Positions 16,171 to 24,000 of a stretch of 24,000 bases of DNA are shown one piece after another. The stretch spans positions 67,716-91,715 of the forward strand of contig NZ_JAVJRB010000004.1 in assembly GCF_040218635.1 (NCBI RefSeq), in the 5' to 3' direction. This DNA is from Thalassospira sp. GTDB lineage: Bacteria; Pseudomonadota; Alphaproteobacteria; Rhodospirillales; Thalassospiraceae. The translations under genes and the position numbers were made by a program. The stretch's first letter is position 1. Every line of letters starts with the position of its first letter. The notes beneath the pieces are model-generated. The model saw only the letters and a list, made by a program, of their open reading frames with translations. It did not search any database and was not told the DNA's origin.

Positions 16171-16885
16171 ACTGCACGCCATACATAAAAGCTTTGGCGC
16201 GCTGGAAGTCCTTAAGGGCATCGACCTTTCGATTGAAGAAGGTCAGGTCATTGCCCTGATTGGCAAAAGCGGGTCGGGCAAAAGTACATTGCTGCGCACG
16301 ATCAACGGGCTTGAGGCGATTTATGATGGCGTGATCATGGTTGGCGGTAAAAAGGTCAGCGACCGTGATTCCGATCTTTTGGCGTTGCGGCTTCAGGTCG
16401 GAATGGTGTTTCAACAGTTCAATCTGTTTCCCCATTACACCGCCCTTGAAAATGTCATGCTCTCCCCGCAGGTGGTGAAAAAGCAATCGAAAGCCGAGGC
16501 AAAAGAGATTGCCGAGGAAATGTTGGCCAAGGTTGGGCTTGCCGACAAGATGATGCATTACCCCGATCAGCTTTCCGGCGGCCAACAGCAACGCGTTGCC
16601 ATTGCGCGCGCCCTTGCGATGCAGCCCAAGGTTCTTTTGTGCGACGAAGTCACCTCTGCCCTTGATCCGGAACTGGTCAACGAGGTCTTGGCCGTTGTCC
16701 GTCAATTGGCCGAAGAAGGCATGACATTGGTGATGGTCACCCATGAAATGCGCTTTGCCCGCGAAGTTTGCGACAAGCTGGTCTTTATGCATCAGGGGCG
16801 CATTCATGAAACCGGCGATCCCGAAGAAGTGTTTTCCAATCCCAAAACACCCGAACTTTCCAGTTTTGTTGGCGGTCTTTCATAA
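16157..16885 (+). CDS. Amino acid ABC transporter ATP-binding protein
   Basis: Walker [12 protein letters not shown], signature [15 protein letters not shown], Walker [15 protein letters not shown]. The ATG at 16157 overlaps the upstream permease. Confidence 0.95.
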   Translation: MPLVELHAIHKSFGALEVLKGIDLSIEEGQVIALIGKSGSGKSTLLRTINGLEAIYDGVIMVGGKKVSDRDSDLLALRLQVGMVFQQFNLFPHYTALENVMLSPQVVKKQSKAEAKEIAEEMLAKVGLADKMMHYPDQLSGGQQQRVAIARALAMQPKVLLCDEVTSALDPELVNEVLAVVRQLAEEGMTLVMVTHEMRFAREVCDKLVFMHQGRIHETGDPEEVFSNPKTPELSSFVGGLS

Positions 16886-17006
16886 GTTTTCGATGATGGT
16901 TTTATGACATCTTTTCCGTAGTGATCGGAAATGTTTAACCATTTTCTGTTGAGCCTGTAGAACGTTTCCTTGATGCCGATAGGGGTGGATAAGGGATGTG
17001 CTGCAG

Positions 17007-18251
17007 ATGAAAGACGACGTCACCAATGAACTTGGAGAAGGCGGGACCAAACACCGTTCATCTGTCATCGCGATTCTGGATCGCTATCCCCTTTTGGTGT
17101 TGGGATTGCTTCTTGTCGGGGCGTTTACATCCTCCTGTGCGGTGCCCCTGGCCGGGCTTTATGTGGTTGAAGGTTTGGGGCAATCCCCCTGGAAGCTCAG
17201 CATGGTTGCCATCGTGCAGGTGTGCGTGACGTTGATCACCAACCGGGCCTTTGGCCGGGCGATTGACCGGGCTGTGCCGGTCAAGTTTTTGCTGGTGACC
17301 AGCATTGTGTGCTTTGGCACCGGGATGCTGATCCTTGGTGTGTTTCAAATCTATTGGGTTTATCTCGGTATCGTTTCGATCTTGCTCGGGATCGGGTCGG
17401 GGGCCTTGTCCGTGATGTATTCGTTTGGCCGGTTGTTTGCCGAACAAACCAACCGCGATGTCGTGAAGTTCAACGGGTTCTTGCGGATGCAGACGTCATT
17501 AGGCTGGATGGTGGGGCCTGCGGCGGCGTTGTCATTTTATGGCGTGTTTGGCTTTGCGGCGACCTATTACGGGATTGCCGGATTGTCGTTGATCTGGTTT
17601 GCCGCCTGTCTTTTGATTGTGCCGCATGCGTTTAAAACCCACCACCCCAACAGCCTTGAAACCGGGGTAAAAATTCCGTTCAATTTTGGCCTGTTGCAGG
17701 CCTGTATTCCGGTGTTTTTCATTGGCGCGGCCAATGTTGTGTTTGTTTCGGCCATGCCGCTTTACTTCTCGACCGAGATCGGATTGATCGCATCATCGGC
17801 GGGCTTTGCTTTGAGCGTTAAATGCCTGGTCGAAGTGGTGGCGATTTATTTCTGTGCATCGCTGATCAAGCGTGTGGGCGAACGCAAGGGCATGTTGATC
17901 GCATCGGTTTTGGCGGCGGTGTTTTTTGGCCTGATCTATCACGCCAGCAGCCTTGAGGATGTTTTACTTCTGGCTGTGCTGGACGGCATTTATTACGGCA
18001 TCTTTGCCGGGATCAGCATGACGTTTGTTCAGAATTTTGCCCCCGACCAACCCGGTGTGGCGACAAGTTATTATGTCAGCACGCTCTTTGTTGGCGGGCT
18101 TATTGGTAATCTTCTGACCGGTGTGGTCGCCAGCATCTTTGATTTCCAGACCACGGTTGTTTTGGCCTGTGGCTTTGCCTTGATCGGGGGGGTGGTTTTG
18201 ATGGGGATGCGCGATGCCAGACCTGACGAACGGGTCAGGGATGCTTCATGA
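17007..18251 (+). CDS. MFS transporter (sugar-efflux/SetB-like)
   Basis: Polytopic 12-TM-like hydrophobic protein with VQVCVTLITNRAFGRAIDR and SALSVMYSFGRLFAEQTNR. Family assignment is by general resemblance. GTG at 16998 is an alternative start. Confidence 0.75.
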   Translation: MKDDVTNELGEGGTKHRSSVIAILDRYPLLVLGLLLVGAFTSSCAVPLAGLYVVEGLGQSPWKLSMVAIVQVCVTLITNRAFGRAIDRAVPVKFLLVTSIVCFGTGMLILGVFQIYWVYLGIVSILLGIGSGALSVMYSFGRLFAEQTNRDVVKFNGFLRMQTSLGWMVGPAAALSFYGVFGFAATYYGIAGLSLIWFAACLLIVPHAFKTHHPNSLETGVKIPFNFGLLQACIPVFFIGAANVVFVSAMPLYFSTEIGLIASSAGFALSVKCLVEVVAIYFCASLIKRVGERKGMLIASVLAAVFFGLIYHASSLEDVLLLAVLDGIYYGIFAGISMTFVQNFAPDQPGVATSYYVSTLFVGGLIGNLLTGVVASIFDFQTTVVLACGFALIGGVVLMGMRDARPDERVRDAS

Positions 18252-18289
18252 AGTCTTGACTTTCACCGCGTCCCGGCGATGATCGCGCC

Positions 18290-18763
18290 ATGTCTGAGAT
18301 AGTTGAAAATAGTCGCCCGCGTTTGTTTGTTGATGCCGATGCCTGCCCGGTAAAGGTGGAATGCGAACGTGTGGCTGAACGTCACCGGATCGAGATGATT
18401 GTTGTCTCTAACGGTGGTATCCGCCCGTCGCGTAATCCCTTGATCCGAAATGTTATTGTGCCGCCCGAACCCGATGCGGCGGATGACTGGATTGCGGAAA
18501 ATGCCCGTGCGCGGGATGTGATCATTACCAATGATATTCCACTGGCCTCACGCGGGATTGAAATTGGCGCGCGGGTGTTAAAAGCCAACGGGCAGGAATT
18601 CACCGAAGCCAATATCGGTAATGCGCTGGCAGGCCGCGAGATCGCAGCCCATATGCGCGAAGTCACCGGTGAGCAGGGGCGTAATGCGTCCTTTACCCAG
18701 AAAGACCGGTCAAAATTTTCCAGCGCGCTTGAAGTTTTGGTGCAGGCGGTTTTGCGGGGTTAA
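18290..18763 (+). CDS. YaiI/YqxD family (DUF188) protein
   Basis: LFVDADACPVKVECERVAERH...VVSNGG...VPPEPDAADDWIAENARARDVIITNDIPLASRGIEIGARVLKANG is a characteristic DUF188 sequence. Confidence 0.93.
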   Translation: MSEIVENSRPRLFVDADACPVKVECERVAERHRIEMIVVSNGGIRPSRNPLIRNVIVPPEPDAADDWIAENARARDVIITNDIPLASRGIEIGARVLKANGQEFTEANIGNALAGREIAAHMREVTGEQGRNASFTQKDRSKFSSALEVLVQAVLRG

Positions 18764-18841
18764 TTCGTAAGATCGATGTTGCCTAACCTGAAACGACGCA
18801 GGCCGCCAATTCATTTAAGAACTGACGGCCTGCACACAGGT

Positions 18842-18873
18842 CCTGATTTGTAAGGGAACTAGAACAAATCAGG
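18842..18873. repeat. Perfect 10-bp inverted repeat between convergent genes
   Basis: CCTGATTTGT - 12 nt - ACAAATCAGG. Confidence 0.7.
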
Positions 18874-18907
18874 CTTCCCCCCTGCGTGTTCGGATATCCA
18901 TGGAATG

Positions 18908-18931
18908 CCGGGTGGGTGACCACCCGGTTTT
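18908..18931 (+). terminator. Rho-independent terminator
   Basis: CCGGGTGG-GTGA-CCACCCGG followed by TTTT. Confidence 0.75.
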
Positions 18932-18945
18932 AAGGTGTTTGCGGC

Positions 18946-20403
18946 TTAGAACGGGTAGTGGCGTTTGCCGCTCTGGATCGTGATCCAGCGCATTTCGGTG
19001 AATTCATCGATCGATGCCTGCGACCCAAACCGGCCATAACCAGACGATTTGACACCACCAAACGGCATTTGTGCTTCGTCCTGAACGGTCGGGCTGTTGA
19101 TGTGGCAGATGCCGCTTTCGATGCGTTTGGCGACTTCCATCGCGCGCGGAATGTTGGTCGAGAAGACCGCAGATGACAGGCCATATTCGCTGTCATTGGC
19201 GATGCGCACGGCTTCGTCTTCGTTACCGGCACGAATAACCACACAGATCGGACCAAAGCTTTCTTCGGAATAGATCTTCATCGCCGGGGTGACGTGATCA
19301 AGCAAGGTGGCATCCATCAGAACGCCGTCTTTGGCCTTGCCCGAACCGGCAACCAGTTTCGCACCCTTGGAAACGGCGTCTTCGACCAGTTCTTCGATGC
19401 GGTTGATGGCCTCAACACTGACAACACCCCCAAGGATATGTTCGGCCTTGGCCGGATCGCCCGCGGTGAGGGTTTTGGTCTTGGCGGCCAGTTTGGCAAC
19501 AAAGTCATCAGCAACGGCGTTATCGACGATCAGGCGTTCGGTCGACATGCAAATCTGGCCCTGATTCATATAGGCGCCAAAGGCCGCACCATTGACGGCT
19601 TCGTCAATATCCGCGTCATCGAGAACGAGGAACGGTGCCTTGCCACCCAGTTCAAGCAGAACCGGTTTAAGATGTTCGGCACCCAGTTTGGCAACAATGC
19701 GCCCGACACGGGTGGAGCCGGTAAAGTTGATGCGACGCACCGCCGGATGGGCAATCAGGGTTTCAACGATTTCCGGGGCATCTTCCGGGGCGTTGGTGAC
19801 AACATTGACCACACCAGCCGGGGCGCCAGCTTCGACCAGGCATTGACCAATCAGGTGATGCAGGGCCGGGCACAGTTCGGATGCCTTGAGGATCACGGTG
19901 TTACCGCAGGCAAGCGGCATGGCAATCGCACGGGTGCCAAGAATAACCGGCGCATTCCAGGGGGCGATGCCCAAAACAACACCGACCGGCTGACGAATGC
20001 CCATTGCCATCAGACCCGGATGGTCAGACGGAATGATGTCGCCTTGAATCTGGGTGGTCATGGCACCGGCTTCGCGGAGCATGTTTGCTGCGAGATTGGC
20101 GTTAAAGCCGCCCCACATGCGCGTGCTTCCGGTTTCATCAAGAACCAGCTGACCGAATTCACCGGCCTTTGATTCCATAATGTCAGCAGCCTTTAACAGG
20201 ATCTTGCGGCGTGCGCCCGGACCCATTTTTGACCATTCCGGAAAGGCCGCGGCAGCCGCATCAGCCGCCTTGCGGGCATCGGCGGCACTGGCGGCGGCGG
20301 CAACGGTTGCCGTTTCACCGGTCACCGGGTTTTTGCGTTCAAACGTGCGGTTGTTTGAAGCGCTTACATCCTGATTGTCGATCAACAGTTTTACATCGTT
20401 CAT
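18946..20403 (-). CDS. Aldehyde dehydrogenase (NAD(P)-dependent, aromatic aldehyde type possible)
   Basis: ALDH motifs GVVLGIAPWNAPV, NFTGSTRVGRIVAK, LELGGKAPFLVLDDAD, GQICMSTER, ESFGPI, MPFGGVKSSGYGRFG. Confidence 0.93.
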   Translation of the reverse strand: MNDVKLLIDNQDVSASNNRTFERKNPVTGETATVAAAASAADARKAADAAAAAFPEWSKMGPGARRKILLKAADIMESKAGEFGQLVLDETGSTRMWGGFNANLAANMLREAGAMTTQIQGDIIPSDHPGLMAMGIRQPVGVVLGIAPWNAPVILGTRAIAMPLACGNTVILKASELCPALHHLIGQCLVEAGAPAGVVNVVTNAPEDAPEIVETLIAHPAVRRINFTGSTRVGRIVAKLGAEHLKPVLLELGGKAPFLVLDDADIDEAVNGAAFGAYMNQGQICMSTERLIVDNAVADDFVAKLAAKTKTLTAGDPAKAEHILGGVVSVEAINRIEELVEDAVSKGAKLVAGSGKAKDGVLMDATLLDHVTPAMKIYSEESFGPICVVIRAGNEDEAVRIANDSEYGLSSAVFSTNIPRAMEVAKRIESGICHINSPTVQDEAQMPFGGVKSSGYGRFGSQASIDEFTEMRWITIQSGKRHYPF

Positions 20404-20457
20404 GACGTTTCTCCTGAGTTTCTGATGGTCTGCTGTGAGGTGGCGAAAAGCGGCATG

Positions 20458-21174
20458 TTATGCAGCCCCAAGGCCAAGGAAGGCCTTTTGCACAGCAGGG
20501 TCGGATTGCAGGGCCTTGGCAGTGTCCTGCCCGGTGATGGCCCCGTTTTCGATCAGATATCCCCGATCTGATATGGCAAGGGACTGATGGGCGTTCTGTT
20601 CGACCAGAAGCACACCAACCCCGGTTTTACGAATGGCGGCAAGTGCCTTGAACAAATCACCGGTCATAATCGGCGACAGACCAAGGGAGGGTTCATCAAG
20701 CAACAGGATATCCGGGTTGGACATCAAGGCACGACCAATGGCGACCATTTGCTGTTCGCCGCCGCTCATGGTGCGGGCGGCCTGATCAAGCCGTTCTGCC
20801 AGTTTGGGGAAAAGATCAATCACACGTTCGAGATTTTGCTTTTCCGCCGCGCGGGCGCGTTTGGCAAAGGCCCCCAGTTCAAGATTTTCGCGCACCGTCA
20901 GTTCGCCGAAAATCCCGCGACCTTCGGGGACAAGGGCCAAGCCTGCCTCGACAATTTTATGGGCCGGAAGATCGGTAAGCTCGCTTCCTGATAAATTGAT
21001 GCTGGTGTCATCATGAGCGGTAACCAGACCGGCACAGGCTTTGAGCAGGCTGCTTTTCCCCGCACCATTAGCACCAAGCATGACAACGATTTCGCCACGC
21101 TGCACATTGACATCAACCCCGCGCAGGGCAGCATGTTTGCCATAGGAAACAGACAGGTTTTTAATTTCAAGCAT
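20458..21174 (-). CDS. livF: Branched-chain amino acid-type ABC transporter ATP-binding protein
   Basis: MLEIKNLSVSYGKHAALRGVDVNVQRGEIVVMLGANGAGKSSLLK...MSGGEQQMVAIGRALMSNPDILLLDEPSLGLSP. Start is at the internal Met (21174) rather than 21243. Confidence 0.93.
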   Translation of the reverse strand: MLEIKNLSVSYGKHAALRGVDVNVQRGEIVVMLGANGAGKSSLLKACAGLVTAHDDTSINLSGSELTDLPAHKIVEAGLALVPEGRGIFGELTVRENLELGAFAKRARAAEKQNLERVIDLFPKLAERLDQAARTMSGGEQQMVAIGRALMSNPDILLLDEPSLGLSPIMTGDLFKALAAIRKTGVGVLLVEQNAHQSLAISDRGYLIENGAITGQDTAKALQSDPAVQKAFLGLGAA

Positions 21175-21901
21175 GGCTGTCTCCAAGATAGGCGCGGACA
21201 ACTTCCGGGTCGGAAAGAACTTCATCAGGCGTGCCATCGGCAATCTTGGCCCCGGCGTTCATGACAACACAGCGATCACACAGGCTGCGGATGGCATCCA
21301 TGACATGTTCTACCATGATGATGGTCAGGCCTTCGTCCTTGAGTTTGCGCACAAGCGTGATGCCATCTTGAAGTTCCGAGGGGTTCAACCCGGCCAACCA
21401 TTCATCAAGTAACAGTAACTTGGGTTGCAGGGCCAAGGCACGACCCAGTTCCAAACGTTTTTGATCGATATAGGTCAGATCACCAGCAGGTGTGTGGGCC
21501 TGTTTGGCAAGACCGATCCGGTCCAGAAGGTCATGGGCTGCTTTATGGGCACTTTCACCCCAAAGCGGATTGTTGCGATAGGCAAGACCGGCTTCGATAT
21601 TTTCGATGCAATCAAGATCGGGCAGAACGCGCACCAGTTGGAAAGTACGTGCAACGCCGGAATGGCTGATTTTGTGAGCCGGAAGGCTTGTGATGTTTTT
21701 GCCGCCAATGACGACCTTGCCTTCGTCAGGTGACAGGGCACCCGATATCAGGTTCATCACGGTTGTCTTGCCTGATCCATTGGGGCCCAGAAGGCCGACA
21801 ATTTCGCCTTCATGGACATCAAACTGCATCTGGTTGACGGCAATCAATCCGCCAAAGGCCTTATGCAGACCATCAATCGACAGAAGAATTTGCGATGTCA
21901 T
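21167..21901 (-). CDS. livG: Branched-chain amino acid-type ABC transporter ATP-binding protein
   Basis: LLGPNGSGKTTVMNLISGALSPDEG...DQKRLELGRALALQPKLLLLDEWLAGLNPSE...VEHVMDAI. LivG-like; the linker differs from the classical LSGGQ. Confidence 0.92.
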   Translation of the reverse strand: MTSQILLSIDGLHKAFGGLIAVNQMQFDVHEGEIVGLLGPNGSGKTTVMNLISGALSPDEGKVVIGGKNITSLPAHKISHSGVARTFQLVRVLPDLDCIENIEAGLAYRNNPLWGESAHKAAHDLLDRIGLAKQAHTPAGDLTYIDQKRLELGRALALQPKLLLLDEWLAGLNPSELQDGITLVRKLKDEGLTIIMVEHVMDAIRSLCDRCVVMNAGAKIADGTPDEVLSDPEVVRAYLGDSHA

Positions 21902-22884
21902 GCTGCTTTCTCCTCTGACTTGGTGGTGCCATCTGTGCCGTTCGGCGGCGAAAGGGTGCGCTTTTTCGGCGCACGGTACTTTTCATAAAGTCCAAGCACA
22001 CCGCCGGGCAAAAGATAGACAATCACCATGAACACACAGCCCAGAAGGATGCTGAAATGGTTCGGGAAACTTGCGGTCAGAACTTCAAACAGCAAGGTCA
22101 GCGGAATAACCCCCAACAGCGGACCGAGTAACCGGCGCGGACCACCCAAAAGCGCCATAATGACAACCTGGAAGGACAGCATCGGGTTAAAGGCAATCAA
22201 GGGATCGATATAGGTCCAACGTGGCGCCATGATGGCACCGGTCAGGGTCATGAACAAAGCCGAGAGAACAAACAGGGCAACTTTGACCCGGGTAACATCA
22301 ATGCCGCAATGTTTGGCGACGGTTTCGTCTTCGCCAATGATGCGCAGCGCAAAGCCAAGCCGGGACCGGGCCAAGATAAAGCCGGTCAGAAGCAGGACGG
22401 CAAACAGGGCCAGCAACTGCCAGTAAATGTCGTTCTGGGTGATATCAAGAAAGACATAACGACCCATTTCGCGGGTGACATTGACTTCGTACCAACTGAC
22501 AACCTGACGCACCAGTTCGGTCAGGCCAAAGGTAAAGATCACGAAGTAAACACCGGCCAGCCGCAGGGTGGAGAACCCGACCAGAAGGGCAACGACCGTA
22601 CCGGCCAGTGCGGCACAGACAAGAACCAGCGGAAAGGCCATATGTTCGCCAAGAACGGCCACCGTATAGGCACCGATGCCAAAGAACACGACGGTTGCCA
22701 ACGAGATATAGCGCGTCGGGCCAGAGAACATTGACCAAGCGGTCGCAAGCACGGCAAAGCTGACCACACTGATGGCAAGCGACATATAGTAGTTGTCGAC
22801 AAAGTTCGGCAGGAAGGCAAGGGCGGCAAAGATTACGGCACCCAAGCCAACGGGCTTGATGAAGTCAGGTTTCAGGATGCTCAT
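21898..22884 (-). CDS. livM: Branched-chain amino acid-type ABC transporter permease
   Basis: LivM-like: YYMSLAISVVSFAVLATAWSMFSGPTRYISLATVVFFGIGAYTVAVL...GRSRLGFALRIIGEDETVAKHCGIDVTRVKV. 4-nt overlap with livG. Confidence 0.92.
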   Translation of the reverse strand: MSILKPDFIKPVGLGAVIFAALAFLPNFVDNYYMSLAISVVSFAVLATAWSMFSGPTRYISLATVVFFGIGAYTVAVLGEHMAFPLVLVCAALAGTVVALLVGFSTLRLAGVYFVIFTFGLTELVRQVVSWYEVNVTREMGRYVFLDITQNDIYWQLLALFAVLLLTGFILARSRLGFALRIIGEDETVAKHCGIDVTRVKVALFVLSALFMTLTGAIMAPRWTYIDPLIAFNPMLSFQVVIMALLGGPRRLLGPLLGVIPLTLLFEVLTASFPNHFSILLGCVFMVIVYLLPGGVLGLYEKYRAPKKRTLSPPNGTDGTTKSEEKAA

Positions 22885-23753
22885 GAAGATGCCCTCCCGA
22901 ACAGGCCGGATGGTTTGATCAGCAAGACCAGAAGGAAGATGACGTAAGTGACCGCAATGGTCAGGCCGGGATCAACATAGGTCGCGACCAGACTTTCCGC
23001 CACGCCAAGGATCAGACCGGCGATCAGCGCACCAAGCAGGTTGCCAACCCCGCCCATGATCACGACAATCAATGCCTTCATGGTAAAGACAACGCCCATC
23101 GATGTTGAGAAGGTCAGAAACATGCTGACCAGAACGCCACCGACAGCGGCCATTGCACCACCAAGGGCAAAGGCAAAGCAGGAGGCAAAATTAACATCAA
23201 TCGCAACCAGACGGGCAGAGGTCGGATCAACAGCAACCGCGCGAAGAGCCGTGCCAATCCGTGTTCTGGTCAGGATGACATAAAATCCAAGCCCGATAAC
23301 AACAGCAAAGCCAAGGGCAACCAGACGGTTGGCAGCAATCACTGCGCCAAACACATTCACGGCACCATTCATGAAGTCATAGCTGTAATAATTACCGCCA
23401 AACCAGACCAGCAACACGCCCTGAACAATGAACAGCAGGCCAAAGGTGGCCAGAATGCTGTCGACTTCAAGCATGCCGCGGTTCTTTGCCCGTGCGACCA
23501 GCGGGGTCAGCAGGATGCGATAGATCACCCAGTTCAGAGCAAAGCTTAGCGGGATAATGATCAGAAGACCGACAATCGGGTTAATCCCGAACGAGGTCAT
23601 GAAAACAAAGGCAATAAAGGATGCGACGATCACCAGCTCGCCATAGGCGAGGTTCATGATGCGCGATACTCCGTATTGCAGGGTCAGCCCCATGGCGACG
23701 AGTGCATACATGCCGCCAAGCGTGATCCCGGAAAATATTGCGTAGCTTAACAT
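22881..23753 (-). CDS. livH: Branched-chain amino acid-type ABC transporter permease
   Basis: LivH-like: GITLGGMYALVAMGLTLQYGVSRIMNLAYGELVIVASF...TRIGTALRAVAVDPTSARLVAIDV. Confidence 0.93.
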   Translation of the reverse strand: MLSYAIFSGITLGGMYALVAMGLTLQYGVSRIMNLAYGELVIVASFIAFVFMTSFGINPIVGLLIIIPLSFALNWVIYRILLTPLVARAKNRGMLEVDSILATFGLLFIVQGVLLVWFGGNYYSYDFMNGAVNVFGAVIAANRLVALGFAVVIGLGFYVILTRTRIGTALRAVAVDPTSARLVAIDVNFASCFAFALGGAMAAVGGVLVSMFLTFSTSMGVVFTMKALIVVIMGGVGNLLGALIAGLILGVAESLVATYVDPGLTIAVTYVIFLLVLLIKPSGLFGRASS

Positions 23754-23833
23754 TCAATTCTTCCCAGAGGGGTGTCGGGGTTCCCGCGCGGTTGTGCGTG
23801 CGCAGGAACCCCGGCTTTCCTTGTCAGCTGCAC

Positions 23834-24000
23834 TTATTGTGCTGCTTTCCATTCAGGTTTCGGGAAGACAAGTTCTTGTGCGCCTTCCATGCTGGTTGGG
23901 GCAACACCGACAAATTTGCCGTCCTGCCACTGGCCAACCTGCCAGAAATTCTGATCGCCCGGCTTATAGGTGCCCAGAATGGTGTCAAAGCCACCTTTGG
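23834..24000 (-). CDS. Partial C-terminus of the ABC transporter substrate-binding protein (truncated by the window)
   Basis: Reverse strand reads ...GTYKPGDQNFWQVGQWQDGKFVGVAPTSMEGAQELVFPKPEWKAAQ*, typical of LivK-like binding proteins. It lies directly upstream of livH. Confidence 0.75.
   Translation of the reverse strand, partial: KGGFDTILGTYKPGDQNFWQVGQWQDGKFVGVAPTSMEGAQELVFPKPEWKAAQ

Noticed and set aside
16067-16807. 246-aa minus-strand ORF over the ABC ATPase
   Set aside because: Antisense shadow; the + strand has complete Walker A, signature and Walker B motifs.
19294-20172. 292-aa + strand ORF opposite the aldehyde dehydrogenase
   Set aside because: Antisense shadow of a canonical ALDH.

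Overview
The window looks like alphaproteobacterial chromosome, mostly metabolic and transport genes. From left to right it holds: sarcosine oxidase gamma (soxG-like); a dienelactone hydrolase; an argE-like deacetylase overlapping an NAD kinase; a TetR regulator; an exported two-domain rhodanese; a YeeE/YedE (TsuA-like) membrane protein; a protein built from 32 [NS]PC motifs; a compact Dcm-type methyltransferase / Vsr / MvaI-BcnI-family endonuclease cluster; a DEAD-box helicase followed by a cold-shock protein; a FadR-type regulator divergent from a polar amino-acid ABC operon; an MFS transporter; a DUF188 protein; an aldehyde dehydrogenase; and a liv-type ABC operon running off the right edge. 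Two regions merit real follow-up. The first is the rhodanese / YeeE / polythiol locus (about 4.4-7.4 kb). Its last gene overlaps yeeE by ATGA and encodes an apparently exported 229-aa protein with 32 cysteines and a 138-bp (46-aa) higher-order repeat. Repeat copies differ mainly at synonymous sites. I suggest, as inference only, a periplasmic sulfur- or metal-handling system. The second is the restriction-modification island (7.5-10.6 kb). It has an HTH-like N-terminal extension on the methyltransferase, a 15-nt-arm inverted repeat bracketing a putative promoter, and an endonuclease with a large N-terminal extension that may be EcoRII-N-like. No CRISPR arrays, tRNAs, rRNAs or transposases were recognised.
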